Shown here piece by piece: positions 31,665-43,800 of a DNA stretch of 64,000 nt. Numbering within the stretch: position 1 is the first letter of the stretch; every line of letters starts with the position of its first letter. The DNA is taken from positions 70,472 through 134,471 of the forward strand of contig RHPI01003330.1 of assembly GCA_009103225.1 (NCBI GenBank), written 5' to 3'. The position numbers and the translations under genes are program-made. The notes under the pieces are model-generated. The model saw only the letters and a program-made list of their open reading frames with translations, was not told the DNA's origin and did no database searches. Source of the DNA: Chlorokybus atmophyticus (lineage: Eukaryota; Plantae; Mesostigma and Chlorokybus algae).

Positions 31665-31890
31665 TGATCATTAACAGTTGACTATGCCTGATTAACAGGC
31701 ACCTGTTAGTTACTTATCAGTCCTTAACAGGTGACCATGCCTTATCAACAGGCACCTGTCAGTTACTTATCAGGTCTTAATAGGTAATTATATAACCAAT
31801 TAACGGGCACCTGTAAGTTGCACATCAGGCCTTTACAGGTGACTATACCTATGTAACAGGCACCTGCAGGTTACACACCAGTCCAGCGCA
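31665..31890. repeat. ~54-bp minisatellite, about 4 units, core AACAGGCACCTGT
   Basis: AAC(A/G)GGCACCTG(T/C)...(A/T)CAGGTGAC recurs with about 53-55 nt spacing. Confidence 0.75.
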
Positions 31891-32050
31891 TGCCACTGAG
31901 CCTAATTCACAAGCACCAATTAGGTAATTGTCGATAAGGCATTCTTCAAGCAACTGAAGGTGACTAATGCCTAACTGTTGTTATATGTATTTGCATAGCA
32001 TGACTACACGCGACTATCACTGATTGCAAGCATCGTTATGTGCATGTGTT

Positions 32051-32293
32051 GTGTACAGGTACCTGAAATGTGTACAGTGCCTCTCAGTCACTTGCCAAGG
32101 CTTGTAGTTCGATTTTGTGACTCGGATGCCTGTAGTAGCATCATTATGATATACAACAGAACTACGGAACAGGTTCCTCCTGCAGTGTACAGGTACCTGA
32201 AATGTGTACAGTGTCTCTCAGTCACTTGCCAAGGCTTGTAGTTCGATTTTGTGACTCGAATGCCTGTAGTTCTGTTGTATATCATAATGATGC
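32051..32293. repeat. Interleaved 86-bp direct duplication and 28-bp inverted duplication
   Basis: 32051-32136 matches 32185-32270 with 2 mismatches. 32138-32165 is the reverse complement of 32266-32293. Confidence 0.85.
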
Positions 32294-32329
32294 AGGTTTT
32301 TACATGCATGAGCATAATGACGATTGACT

Positions 32330-35300
32330 GAGCGAGTTTAAGATACACAACACTAAGTCACAAGAGCCTTGCAGCTGTGTACGCTACCAGCTAAACGGAC
32401 TACCAACCGCGCTACAGCTCCTCTCCTTTAAGACGCAAAGAAGTGGAGCTACGGGACCCCAAAACTTGGGCGGAAGCTATACGCATTGCGGAGCGTCTCG
32501 ACGCATTATACTTCAAGTCTTCTGCAACAAACGCTGACTGGAGGCGTGGGAGCAAGCAAGAACGTGGTGATCAACCTAGGGGAAGCTTTCAACATGCATG
32601 GACACGAAGGAAACCAAGTTCACAACTTGCAAAGGAAGGTGGAGCTGATTTTAGACCATTACAAAGAGAGGTGGCTGCTGCCGTACACACGCGTGACGGC
32701 GTGGCGAAGCACGGTGGACGTGGTGAGGCAGGTAGCAGCGTGCGCAAGTGTTACGTGTGCGGTTCGACAGAGCATTTGGCGTTCAATTGCTTGAAGCGGC
32801 GCACGCAAACGTCTGCATCAGCTAGCAACACATATCGCGCACGACGCAATGGAGGAAGATGGCGTGGAGGATTAGGGAAACGACTCCCCCCAGTAGGTAA
32901 GGAAGCTACTGCTGGGGATGAGGGGGAGCCTCACGCACAAGTGAAGATTGTGACATCGCAACCAAGGAAAAAAATAGAGGTGGCTATAAACACGCCCATG
33001 GTGGTGGATTACGAAAGCGAGCATGCAACAAAGTACGTTAGGCTTCTATCACGCATTTCATGACCGAGGACAATGGAGGGAGTACAACCTTATGGTTGAT
33101 AGTGGAGTAAACAGCAATTTTATGAGTGAGGAGGTTGCACGGCGCTACTGTTGGCTTTCACCAATACGAGGAGGAAAAGTGAAACTCGCTGATGGGGAAC
33201 CACCGGTGCTGCGTGTTTAACCAAAGAGTTGTGTGTTCACATGGGGAAATTGAAGAAGAATATGCGTTTCTGCTGCATCACCCTTCGGAACGGGTTTGAT
33301 GGGATTTGGGGGACTGTGGCTGTAACAACATAACCCATTTATCAATTGGAGGAAGCACGTGCTCACCATCAATGGCACAACCCACTCGACCACAAAAGAC
33401 TTGGTGCTTTTATGGTCGATTTGTGGTAATTTCATGTACCTTCCCGTTACATTCCCCCCCAGTTAAGAACGCTGACGTCCTCGGCAGCTGGCTCGCATCA
33501 GCTGGGAAATCATCCCAGGGGTCTGATTAGGGTCGGTCACCGGCCCCACCACCCAAGGACCGGCTAATTTAGGCCCGTACCGGTCAACGTGCGCATAGCG
33601 CACCGCTGCCGGCCCCACAAGTCGCGTCGCCGCGATAGGCAGGTCGCGCCATGCCGCGCCGATTGAACTGGTTAGTTCGGCGCGACTGCCATTAGGCAAG
33701 TCGCGACCCATCGATGATGGCACCTATAAAGTGACCATTTACGATGTTATTGGATCGAGAAAAAGCGACCACGGATTTCGTGTGCAAGGCAAGAATTGAA
33801 CCCGAATCTCAAGCTCCGATGACCAATGTTATAGCCCACTCAACCACAAAAGACTTTGTAATTTTATGGTCGATTTGTGGTAATTTAATGTACCTTCCCG
33901 TTACAATCAAGGGAAACGATGGAAGGTCCATTCAGAGTCTACGCGCGTGCTCCAACGAAGTGGTAGACCACTTGCGAGGAAAGCAAGAAGCGCTTTGTCA
34001 TAGCTGCGTCGAACGTCGCTTAGGCAAGTATGCGCATGTGTGATGAGCACATGCAAGGGCATACAAGCATCGGAAAGGCACGGCACGCTCAATTAGGTGG
34101 GATTAACATTGCTCAAGCTTCCTATGTGCAATTGAGGAGGCTGCTATCCCCACAAAAAGCGAAGGCTGCATGGTTGTGCGTGGACTATCAAGAAATTATG
34201 GTGGACGGACTTCCAGCTGGTTTGCCACCCTCACGGAGCATTGATTACCGTGTGGAGTTGATTGAGGGCGTGCATAAATCACCCTACAGGCCTGTATATA
34301 GATTGTCACCTCTGGAGTTGGAGGAGGCCGAGAAGCAGATAGCGGACGTTCTAAAGAGAGGTTACATCCAGCCAAGTAAGTCCTTATGGTGCACTAATAC
34401 TGTTCGCGCGAAGAAGAATGGGAGCCTGCGTATATGCATATGTGACTACTGAGCGCTCAACACCATTACAACAAGGAACTGCTTTCCACTACCGCGTATT
34501 GACGAGTTGCTGGAGCAGCTACAACATGCGCAGTACTTTACCACACTTGATCTTACCGGAGGTTATCATTGGATCCGCATCGCACCTGAGGACGTGGAGA
34601 AGACAGCGTTCAACATGTGCTATGGATATTGTGAGTGGTTAGTAATGTCGTTTAGGCTTACAAACGCGCCAGCGACAATTCAGACGTCGATGAACAGCGT
34701 TTCTGCTGAGTTGCTGGATGATGGAGTCCTCGTGTACCTCGACGACATTCTAGTGTACTCGAAGACGAAAAACGAGCATGTGAGTCTTCTACGCTCGTGT
34801 TGTAGTGTATACGCGAGCGCAAGTTGTACGCTCAGCTACAGAAGTGCAAGTTTTTTCTATGCGAGGTGGAGTACCTGGCCACATTGTGTAACAAAGGGAT
34901 CAAGCCGGACCCCAACAAAGTGCAAGTGGTGCGCGAATGGTGCCCCAACTAACGTGAAAGAGGTAATGTCGTTCTTGGGCCTTGCGGGGTATTATCGCAA
35001 GTTTATCATGAGATTTTTGCGCATTGCGGCCCCTTTGACCACCCTACTCGAGAAAGGGAGGTCTCAGAGCTGGTATACTAGTAAGAGCATGCATTTGCTG
35101 CGTTGAAGCAGGCGTTGACAAAGGCACCCGTCTTGGCTCACCCCGACATGGACAAACCCTTCAATTTGGCTTGTGACGCATCCAACACAGCTGTGGGAGC
35201 TGTGTTATAGCAAGACCAAGGCATCGGTCATCAACCTGTAGCGTTGTGATAGTAACAAACTGAGTGGAGCAAAGCTAAACTACCCTGTGCACGAGAAGGA

Positions 35301-37426
35301 GCTATTGGCGCAAGTGATGGCGCTGCGACAATGGAGATGCTTTCTTGAGGGCCAAAAGTTCGTGCTGAAAAGGTCCATTCCTTATTGAGGTACATACAGA
35401 CACATCCACATCTGAGCCGGAGACAAGCGCGATGGTTGGAGTTCCTTCAACTTTAATTTTGAGATTAAGTACAAGCCCGGTACGTCTAATAGTGTGGCCG
35501 ACGCTTCAAGGTTGAATGCGATTGAGGCACTCGCTCAAGTGCAACCGGAGTGGGCCGATCAAATCCAACAAGCGCTTTGCGAAGATACAGAAGGTAGGAG
35601 AGTCTTGCGGGACATGGAGAGCACATCGACGGACACAAGTGGACATTGAACAAAGCAAGGCGGCCTATTATGGCATCATGGCCGCTTGTACATCCCCAAT
35701 GTTGCACATATACGCATTTAATTTTCAAGAGAAATTCATGACATACCCATTGCTGGCCACCAAAAAGTGGAGGGGACGTTGGCAAGCTTGAAACAACGCT
35801 TTTACTGGCGAGAGATGCATCGTGATGTACGCGACTATGTGGCGTTGTGCGACGCATGTTAAAGGGTGAAAGCAAGCAACCAAGAGCCAGGTGCGTTGCT
35901 ATAATTTCGTCCCGTGCCGTTCTCCATTCAACCCTACTAGCACCTGACGCCGCCTTCCCACAAAACGCATGTACGTAGACTCGTTCGGTCTTTCTGCTAT
36001 GACAACCCAGCCCGGGAGCTACAACATGTCCCATATTGACAACGCTATTGGTGCTCTGGTGCTCACCGCAGCGTGGCAAAAGACGTAGCTTTAACCTGGT
36101 AAAGCGTCAAGATCTTTTCGGTAAACATCAACGCCCGTAGCATCATGTCGGGGATGAGTATCGCCAAAAATCGGCTACTGACAAAACACCCTACTCAACA
36201 ATTAGTTTTCGTTTAATCTAAAGATGTTATTCAATAAGAAAATGGTGTAACCCAAGTGGGAGCAAGTTACTATGGACTTTATTACGGGGTTGTCGAAGAC
36301 AACAGAAGGGTACGACGCAATACTCGTGTTCGTAGACAAAACCAGCAACTTGCCAATTAAAAAATGGTACGCTTGGCACCGTGTTGTGAGTCTTGCACCA
36401 GAGGCAGCAAGCTTGTTTATAAAGCATGTTTTTTGGTTCCCATGGACCACCACGAAGCATTGTGAGTGATCGTGATCGCGATCCCCGCTTCACAAGTAAG
36501 TTTTGGGAGGCGCAGCTAGTGCACTGGGAACTACCTTAAAGTTTAGCACGGCTTTCCACCCGCAAACTGATGGCCAAACGGAGCGAGCCAACCGTGTGGT
36601 TGAGGATATGTTGCGATGTTGCATTAATGCACGGCAAGACAATTGGGCGGAATTGCTAGAAGTGGCGGAATTTGCCATCAACAACCACACCAATGCAAGC
36701 ACGGGTGTCACCCCCTTTCTTATGAACTACGGCCAACACTTGCTGACACCGCGACGAAGTGACGCTGATGTGAAAGCAATAAGCTATTTTCTTATAACGT
36801 GTGGACATCAACAAGGCAACGAGAGAGGCGCTATTGGTGGCACAAAATAGGCAAAAACAGTAAGCAAACGCGCATCGCCGACATGTCACATTTCGAGAAG
36901 GCGACACGGTATTGCTTTCTGCGAGGAACTTACAGGTGCGTGCTGCGGTTCGCAAGTTAAGTGAGCGCTGGCTTGGGCCATTTCAGGTCATCAAAGTGGT
37001 TTCGGAGCTTGCATATAAGTTGCAATTGCCCGACTCAATGCACATCCACCATGTCTTTCACATATCCCTGCTAAAATCATATCGAGGAGAGTCACCATTG
37101 CGTCCACCGCTTGAGTTGGCTGCGAAAGGTCATATGGAATACGAAGTGAAGGACATATTGGGTGATAAGATGGTGCGCAACGTGCGCACCATCTTCTCAC
37201 CCAATATCTGGTGAAGTGGAAAGGCTACCCGATGCATGAAGCCACTTGGGAACCAGAGTAGCACTTGCCAAATGCACAACATATCCTGCAACAGTTTTTG
37301 CAACAACGACCAGAGAATCCTCATGAGCTTCGAGGACAAAGCTCACCTAGGGGGGGGGGAGTGTAACAGTTGAGGCCAAGTTTCATGATTTTAAGACCTT
37401 TTTTGGCCCATTTATCAAGCACCACG
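32330..37426 (+). mobile_element. 5'-truncated, decayed Ty3/gypsy chromovirus (G2) with the start of its 3' LTR at 37362
   Basis: Gag C-terminus with CYVCGSTEHLAFNC, protease MVDSGVNSNF, RT VYLDDILVY, RNase H, integrase FHPQTDGQTERAN, chromodomain remnant, and PPT GGGGGGGGGGAG before TGTAACAG. Confidence 0.88.
33373..33905 (-). mobile_element. TRIM (terminal-repeat retrotransposon in miniature), copy 1, 533 bp
   Basis: 79-bp LTRs (33373-33451 and 33827-33905, 9 differences), TSD ATCAA, PBS-like TGGTCATCGGAGC, PPT GGGGGGGAA, no coding capacity. Inserted in the G2 protease region. Confidence 0.93.
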
Positions 37427-38064
37427 TTTTCATGACTTCTGGGTAACGAACGGGTGCCCGTTGAAAATAAAGTGATCGAGCCGCGTGGCCCAATCACACG
37501 ACAACAGTAGAGCATCGCGCCGAGCGCGAAGGCCGTCCGATGAAGGGCGGTGATGAGGTGCTATATCAACGGCCGATAGGTGTTGATGTAGTCAAATAAA
37601 TGTTGGTTAACTATTTAACTATATGACGGCATGATAAAGCAGTTAGCCATGGGTCTTACTACAAGAAATGATTGTAATTAACCAAGGAGGATGCCCTAGT
37701 GCGGCATTTGCTAGCATGTAGTAGTTGCATTATTCACCAGATAGTGGTTAATAAGCTCATCTGTTATTGCATGCATAGCTGGATTTGATCAGTGACAAGG
37801 GTATCAGTGACAAGGATATAAAGCAGTTCTTGGGCTCAGATGTGAGAGCCCGGAAGCCGCCATCACTTCAAGCATCTTTATTATAAGAATGTCTTCTGAA
37901 CTTGAGTGAATGATGCAGGGCGTGCTTATAAATAACAATAGGAATGTTGCTCATTGCCTCCCCACCAGGTGGGCATGAGCGGTGGCTTTGTGCTAACGTT
38001 TTGCACAGGCAATCCACGAGAGGGCGGTGGTGACTGCGCCACCATTGGTCACTCGCCGGCTTTT
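37427..38064 (+). repeat. G3 5' LTR (approximate left boundary)
   Basis: Colinear homology with 54386-55011; followed by the PBS. Confidence 0.8.
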
Positions 38065-40876
38065 TGGTATCGGAGCCGGTCATTGGGCCAGTTAGGCCGG
38101 TAGCAGAAGGTTTTACTGTGCAACCGGTCAAGATTCGGCGGCGGCAACGGAATCCCATGAACATTTTGCAGCACTTTTCAACGAGTTGCAGAGAACATTT
38201 TCAGCGGCTGCTGTGTTGCATTCCAACGAACATTGTCGTGGGCTGCAATTTGCAAATTGCAAAAACGCGCTTTGTAAGCAACAATTGACGTTGCAATCAC
38301 ATTTTAAAATTGTGCGGGTACTGGCCCATTCAGTATGGAACTTAAGAAAGAGAAACCTTGATTCAGCTACTATTACGTGATTAAGATTTGCGCGTTCGGC
38401 GGTCGATTCTGCTTGCGAGCAAACGGCGCGGCGGCGGTAAGTAGCGTGACGGCAAGCGTGAAGACGCGTCTTTGTGTGGCGTGACGCCGAAGGGAGGATT
38501 AATAGAGTGACGATATTCTGCGGCCTACTCACCCTTGAGAATCTAAGGACTTGGAGAAAAGTACTACAAAAACAGAAAATACACCAACACCACAAGAAAA
38601 CAAGCAAATCAAATCATGTGGGGGGAGTTAACTTGATAAGATTACTTTGCCTTACGCTGAGGTAAAGGGGGTATTTGCAGGCTCTGCCAGCAGTGCTCTA
38701 CAATTTCATCAAATTGTTCTTTTGAGTCTGCCAGAAGTAAAAATAGCAAACAACAAAAATTGAGGACCGCCCACTCATCAGATCGGGGCGGCGTGAGAAC
38801 CTTCAGCTGAGTTTGAGTGAGGGGGTGGGACTGGCAACAAGGAAGAAAAAAAAGGATGACACAATGACGGGGAAAAACACAGCAAGAGTGATGCTGCCAT
38901 TGCCAAAGCTTACCACCTTTAATGGTCCGATGAATGAGGATGTTATAGCATGGCTACAGCATGTGGAGATGATGGCCAAAGTCTATAACTGGGATGGAGG
39001 AGGTCACGTACAAGTTGGCTGCCACGCATCTGAGGGATGAGGCACAGACTTGGTACATGACTCGGCAAGTCAGCACGCGGGACGCATTACAAGTTGCTAT
39101 GAGAGAGCGCTTTGACATTGGGGACCCGAGCATCTACATGAATGAGTTGCATGCAAAGACACAAGGGCCCAATGAGAGCGTGTGCACTTATGCTGATCAC
39201 CTGAAGAAGCTTATGGACCGTTTGGGTGGAGAGTTCTAAAAACCTTGGAACGCGCTTTATACAGGGCTTGAGGCTAGATTTACGCGAGAAGGTCATAAAC
39301 AGAAGGCCGGAGGAGTTGGAACAAGCCATAAATGATGCAGTGTACTTTGAGGGCATTATGCAGGCCGCGCAGGTTGGCAATCATCAAGCTGCGACAAAAG
39401 AGCCAGTCCGTTATGGCAGAGTTGCAAAAGAAAGTGGATGTCAAGTTGAAGTAGACGGCTGAACAGAAGGTGCATCTGGCAACAGTGGTCACTCACGCTC
39501 AGCAACCGGGGAGGTATAAACAAGCTCTCGCAGGCAAAGAGGGAGTCAGACCTGACACCCGATCTTGCTAATCTTGTCACAAGGCGGGCCACACCAAGTC
39601 TTATTGTCCGCAGTGGGCAGCAGACAAGGCCAGAGACACACAGCCAGCAATGGCAACACCAGGCAATGTGGTTGGGTTAAGCTTAAAAGTGTCGATGGTG
39701 GTGGCAATGAGTGACAGCGACGATAAGTTAGTGGCAATTAGCACAGTCTGAGCCAATAAGGCTACCTGCCACGACCGCTGAGCATCAGACGCCAACCTTA
39801 AGCACAAGGGTTCCGCTATAGCGTACAGAACCTAAAGAGTTGACAGCTGTATGGACCAAGCCTGCAGTAAAGGTGCACACTACACCACAAGTGGCAAAAG
39901 GGGAGAACTATAATGTGCTCGAGCAGTTGGACTATATTACTGCAAAGATCTTCATCAAGCAGCTGCTAAAAGTAAGTTCTCAACACAGGCAGCAGATGGC
40001 AGCATACCTCAAGAGGCTTGGGAGAAGTGATACACACGTGGTGCAAATGACCGAGGGTGTGGTGCATACCGCGACATATGATACCGTTACCATTATGGGC
40101 CGAGAGGTAGAGGCGGTAACCGACACGGGGGCATCGTGCACAGTAATGGGCATAACCTTGGTTGGTGCGTTGGGGCTGCGCGGAATGATGCAAGCCACAA
40201 GAAGGATCATGAGGATGGCCAATGGTGACAAGTGTGCCTTTTGGGGAGTGCTCAAGGAGCTCCCCATCACTATTGGTGGGGTTACAGAAGTTGTGCGCGT
40301 GAACGTTAGCCCCTCCACAATGGACGACATGCTGATTGGCACAGACTGGTTGAACCAGAGTGGAGCAACCCTGTCGTTTGCAGAGAAGCGCATGACCTTT
40401 CCAGAAGGGACAGACGCAGATGGCGCATTGTTGTCCTTCACCTCACCTCTAACAATCCTGTCTTTAGGGCAGCACAACCTCAGAAGGTCATGATTGTGCA
40501 AGAGCTCCCCATTAACACAGCGTTGCCCGACTCTGAGCGAGAGCGGGTGGCGGCGTTGCTCAGCAAGTATGATGACCTGTTTGCTACCAAGCCCGAGTTT
40601 GTATAGGGTGACAAAGTGCCAGGCACAAACGTGGTCACGCATGTTATTGGCACTGGAGACGCACGGCCCATTGTGCAAAAGGCATACCGCACATCACGTG
40701 CTAAGGATCAGCAGGTTGAGGAAGAGGTTAAGCACATGCTGAAGGCTGGCATTATGAGTCCCTCGTCAAGCCCGTGGTCTTCGCCAATTATGATGGTGCC
40801 GAAACCTAATGGTCGAGGTTGGCGGCTTTGTATTGACTATTGCGAACTCAATGAGGTCACAAAGAAGGAAAGATAT

Positions 40877-43800
40877 TGTTGGAGTTTAGGACCAGGTTAG
40901 CCGTCCTTGGACTCCAATCAGCTTAGTCTAACTAAGTACTGATGACTTTTATACTTAGTACACTCCAATCATGACCGTTTCGTTAGAAACCGTCAGTCCT
41001 AACAGTTTAGACCGTTTAAAACTGTTTTTCGGTCTTATGCTGACTAGATACGCCTTGTATACTATTTTAAGCTTGTATATCAAGTTTTTTGTAGTGTTGA
41101 TCATTATTGGGTATAAGGCGACGCCCACACACGTTTAATATGGTTCACTTGGCTTGTGCTTGAATCTGGTGGCGGCGGAAACCTTGGCCTAGGCGTGGTC
41201 TGGACTGGTCATGTCGAGCGCGCTCTAGTCTGGTCTTTTTCTTGCTTGCACAGACGGTTTGAGGATGTTGTGTTGTGTGTCTATGCATAGGAAGCTTGCA
41301 TCTCAACAGGTTATGGCCCACATACGCTGGGTTAAGAGCTTGTCTAGACATCTTGGCGGAAATGTGCACTTTGGTAGCAAGAATTTTTGAGTCTGCCATT
41401 TGGGGCTAGACTGTGGAGGTCTGAGAGCTTACTCTGCTGTTCTTTGGCTTAAACGGCCTATTCTCAGCAGGGGGCTGTGCTATAACGACCAGCTACGACA
41501 AGGTGGTGTGTCACAGCCCACTCGACCACAAAAGACTTGGTGCTTTTATGGTCGATTTGTGGTATTTTAATGTGCCTTCCCGTTACATTCCCCCCACTTA
41601 AGAACGCTGACGTCCTCGGCAGCTGCCCGGTCAGCTGGGGAATTACCCAAGGGGTTTGTTAGGGTCGGTCACCGGCCCCACAGCCAAGGACCGGCCAATT
41701 TAGGCCCATACCGGTCAGCGCGCACATAGCGCGCCGCTGCCGGCCCCACAGGTCGCGTCGCCGTGATAGGCAGGTCGCGCCCTGCCGCGCCGACTGAACT
41801 GGTCAGTTCGGCGCGAATGTCAATAGGCAAGTCGCGACCCATCGATGATGGCACTCATAAAGTGACCATTTACGATGTTATTGGATGGAGAAACAACGAC
41901 CGCGGAATTCGTGTGCAAGGCAGGAATCGAACCCGAGTCCCAAGCTCCGATGACCAATGTCACAGCCCACTCGACCACAAAAGACTTGGTGCTTTTATGG
42001 TCGATTTGTGGTATTTTAATGTGCCTTCCCGTTACATGGTGATTGAGCCGTTGGGAGATGACAACTACAACACATGAAGCAGCCGCATGAAGTGGTTGTT
42101 CGAGCACAAGAGCTTGTGGGACTTCGTATACCAAGAGGAGGCTGACCCTCTACCCACAAGCCGAAGCGCTGTCTGGAAGCAAAACTCGAGGAAAGCACTT
42201 GCACTCATTAGTTTAAACGTGAGAGAGTTCTATTTGGTGACATTAGATGCTTGCTCCACTGCTAGAGAGGCATGTGAGAAGTTGTCTGATTCTGTCAAGG
42301 CTAAGAACAATGCCAGCCGTGTCCAGCTTAAGCGTGATCTCAATGCTTTGGGGAAAGACTCAAGTGAGCCTTTCACCAAGTACTTTGCAAGGGCAAGAGA
42401 GCTTTGGAAGGACCTGTTGTAGGCGTGGGCTGCAAGAAGCTGAGCCTGTTTGGGCTGTACTTTCTGAACTTTCAGACCTGCCAGACTTTGACACCTTGAT
42501 TACGGTGTTGAAAGGTCTTGACACTGATCTCACGTTGAATGAGGTGATGCCAAGGCTACTTCAAGCTGAGCAAAGGCTTAAGAAAAAGGAGGAGGCTTCA
42601 AATGCAGTCGCTTTTGCTGTTTCCAAGCATGGTTACAGCTCCAGACTCAGTCAGGTGCTGATTCCTTTGGCCAAAGCGGTTCTTCAGATCAGGGCGGTTG
42701 AAGAAACGCAAGTGCAGCTACTGTGGCAAGCTTGGGCATGATGTGGAGAAGTGTTGGAAGAAGCATGGCAAGGGAGGAGAGGGGCAAAACAAGGAGAAAC
42801 CCGTGGCTTTCACTGCCAGTGCTTCAATCCCTGTCCAGATCTGGGCTTTAGATTCGGGGGCTACTTCTCACATAACTGCAGAATGGTCTGCTTTTGTCAC
42901 TACAGCACCCTACACTCTGGAGCAAAACGGAAAGGCGGAGAGGATTAACCGCACGCTCTTGGAAAAGGTTTGGGCCATGCTGACTAATGCCAACATGGAG
43001 GACTGCATGTGGACGGACGCGTTGCTGGCTGCAAACTTTTTGCGCAACCGTTCCCCTGTGCGTTCTGAAGCCAACACTCCGTGGGAGCTCTGCACAGGTG
43101 CAAGGCTTGATGTGAGCGTGCTGAGGGACGTTGATTCTACTGCTTTTGTTCACGTACCCAAGCAGCAACGACACAAGCTGGCCAAAGTTAGCCGGCGCGG
43201 CGTGTTCGTGGGGTACGAGACTGGCCCTAAGGCGTAAAGGGTCCGGCTGGATAAATCAAAGAAGGTTGTGGTGAGTCGTGATGTGACTTTTGCTGAGGGA
43301 GGAGTAGGAGCTAGAGTTTTAAGCGTTAACAACACCCTAGATGGCATTGAGCCTTCAAAACCGAGTCTAGTTCAGGTTCCAAGCAGTGTTTCAAACCTGG
43401 TCTTAAGGTCTTCAGGCCAAGGCAACAAAAGCACTTCAGCTCCTGTCACCACTGAAGACCAACAAGCACCATGAGTCTCAAGAGCAGGGGAGGAGGTATC
43501 CTTTGCATGAGAGGTGAGGGCCAAAGAGATTGATCGACCAAGCCATGGCTGCATCGGAGGCACTTGGGGGCTTAATAGAGCCTAGCACCTATGAGGAGGC
43601 GCTTGAAGGTACTGATGCAGATCTCTGGAAGAAGGCCATGGATGAGGAGATTGCTTCTCTACTAGCCAACCAGACCTGGAGGCTTGAGAGTATCCCGGCT
43701 GACATTAGACCCATCCCGGCCAAATGGGTCTACAAAATCAAGAAGGATGGGCAATGCAACATTGAGCGCTACAAGGCGAGGCTTGTCGCGAAGGGCTTTC

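Noticed and set aside
31665-31890. CRISPR-like spacing of repeats
   Set aside because: Eukaryotic context, spacers are mutually similar, and there are no cas genes; it is a minisatellite.
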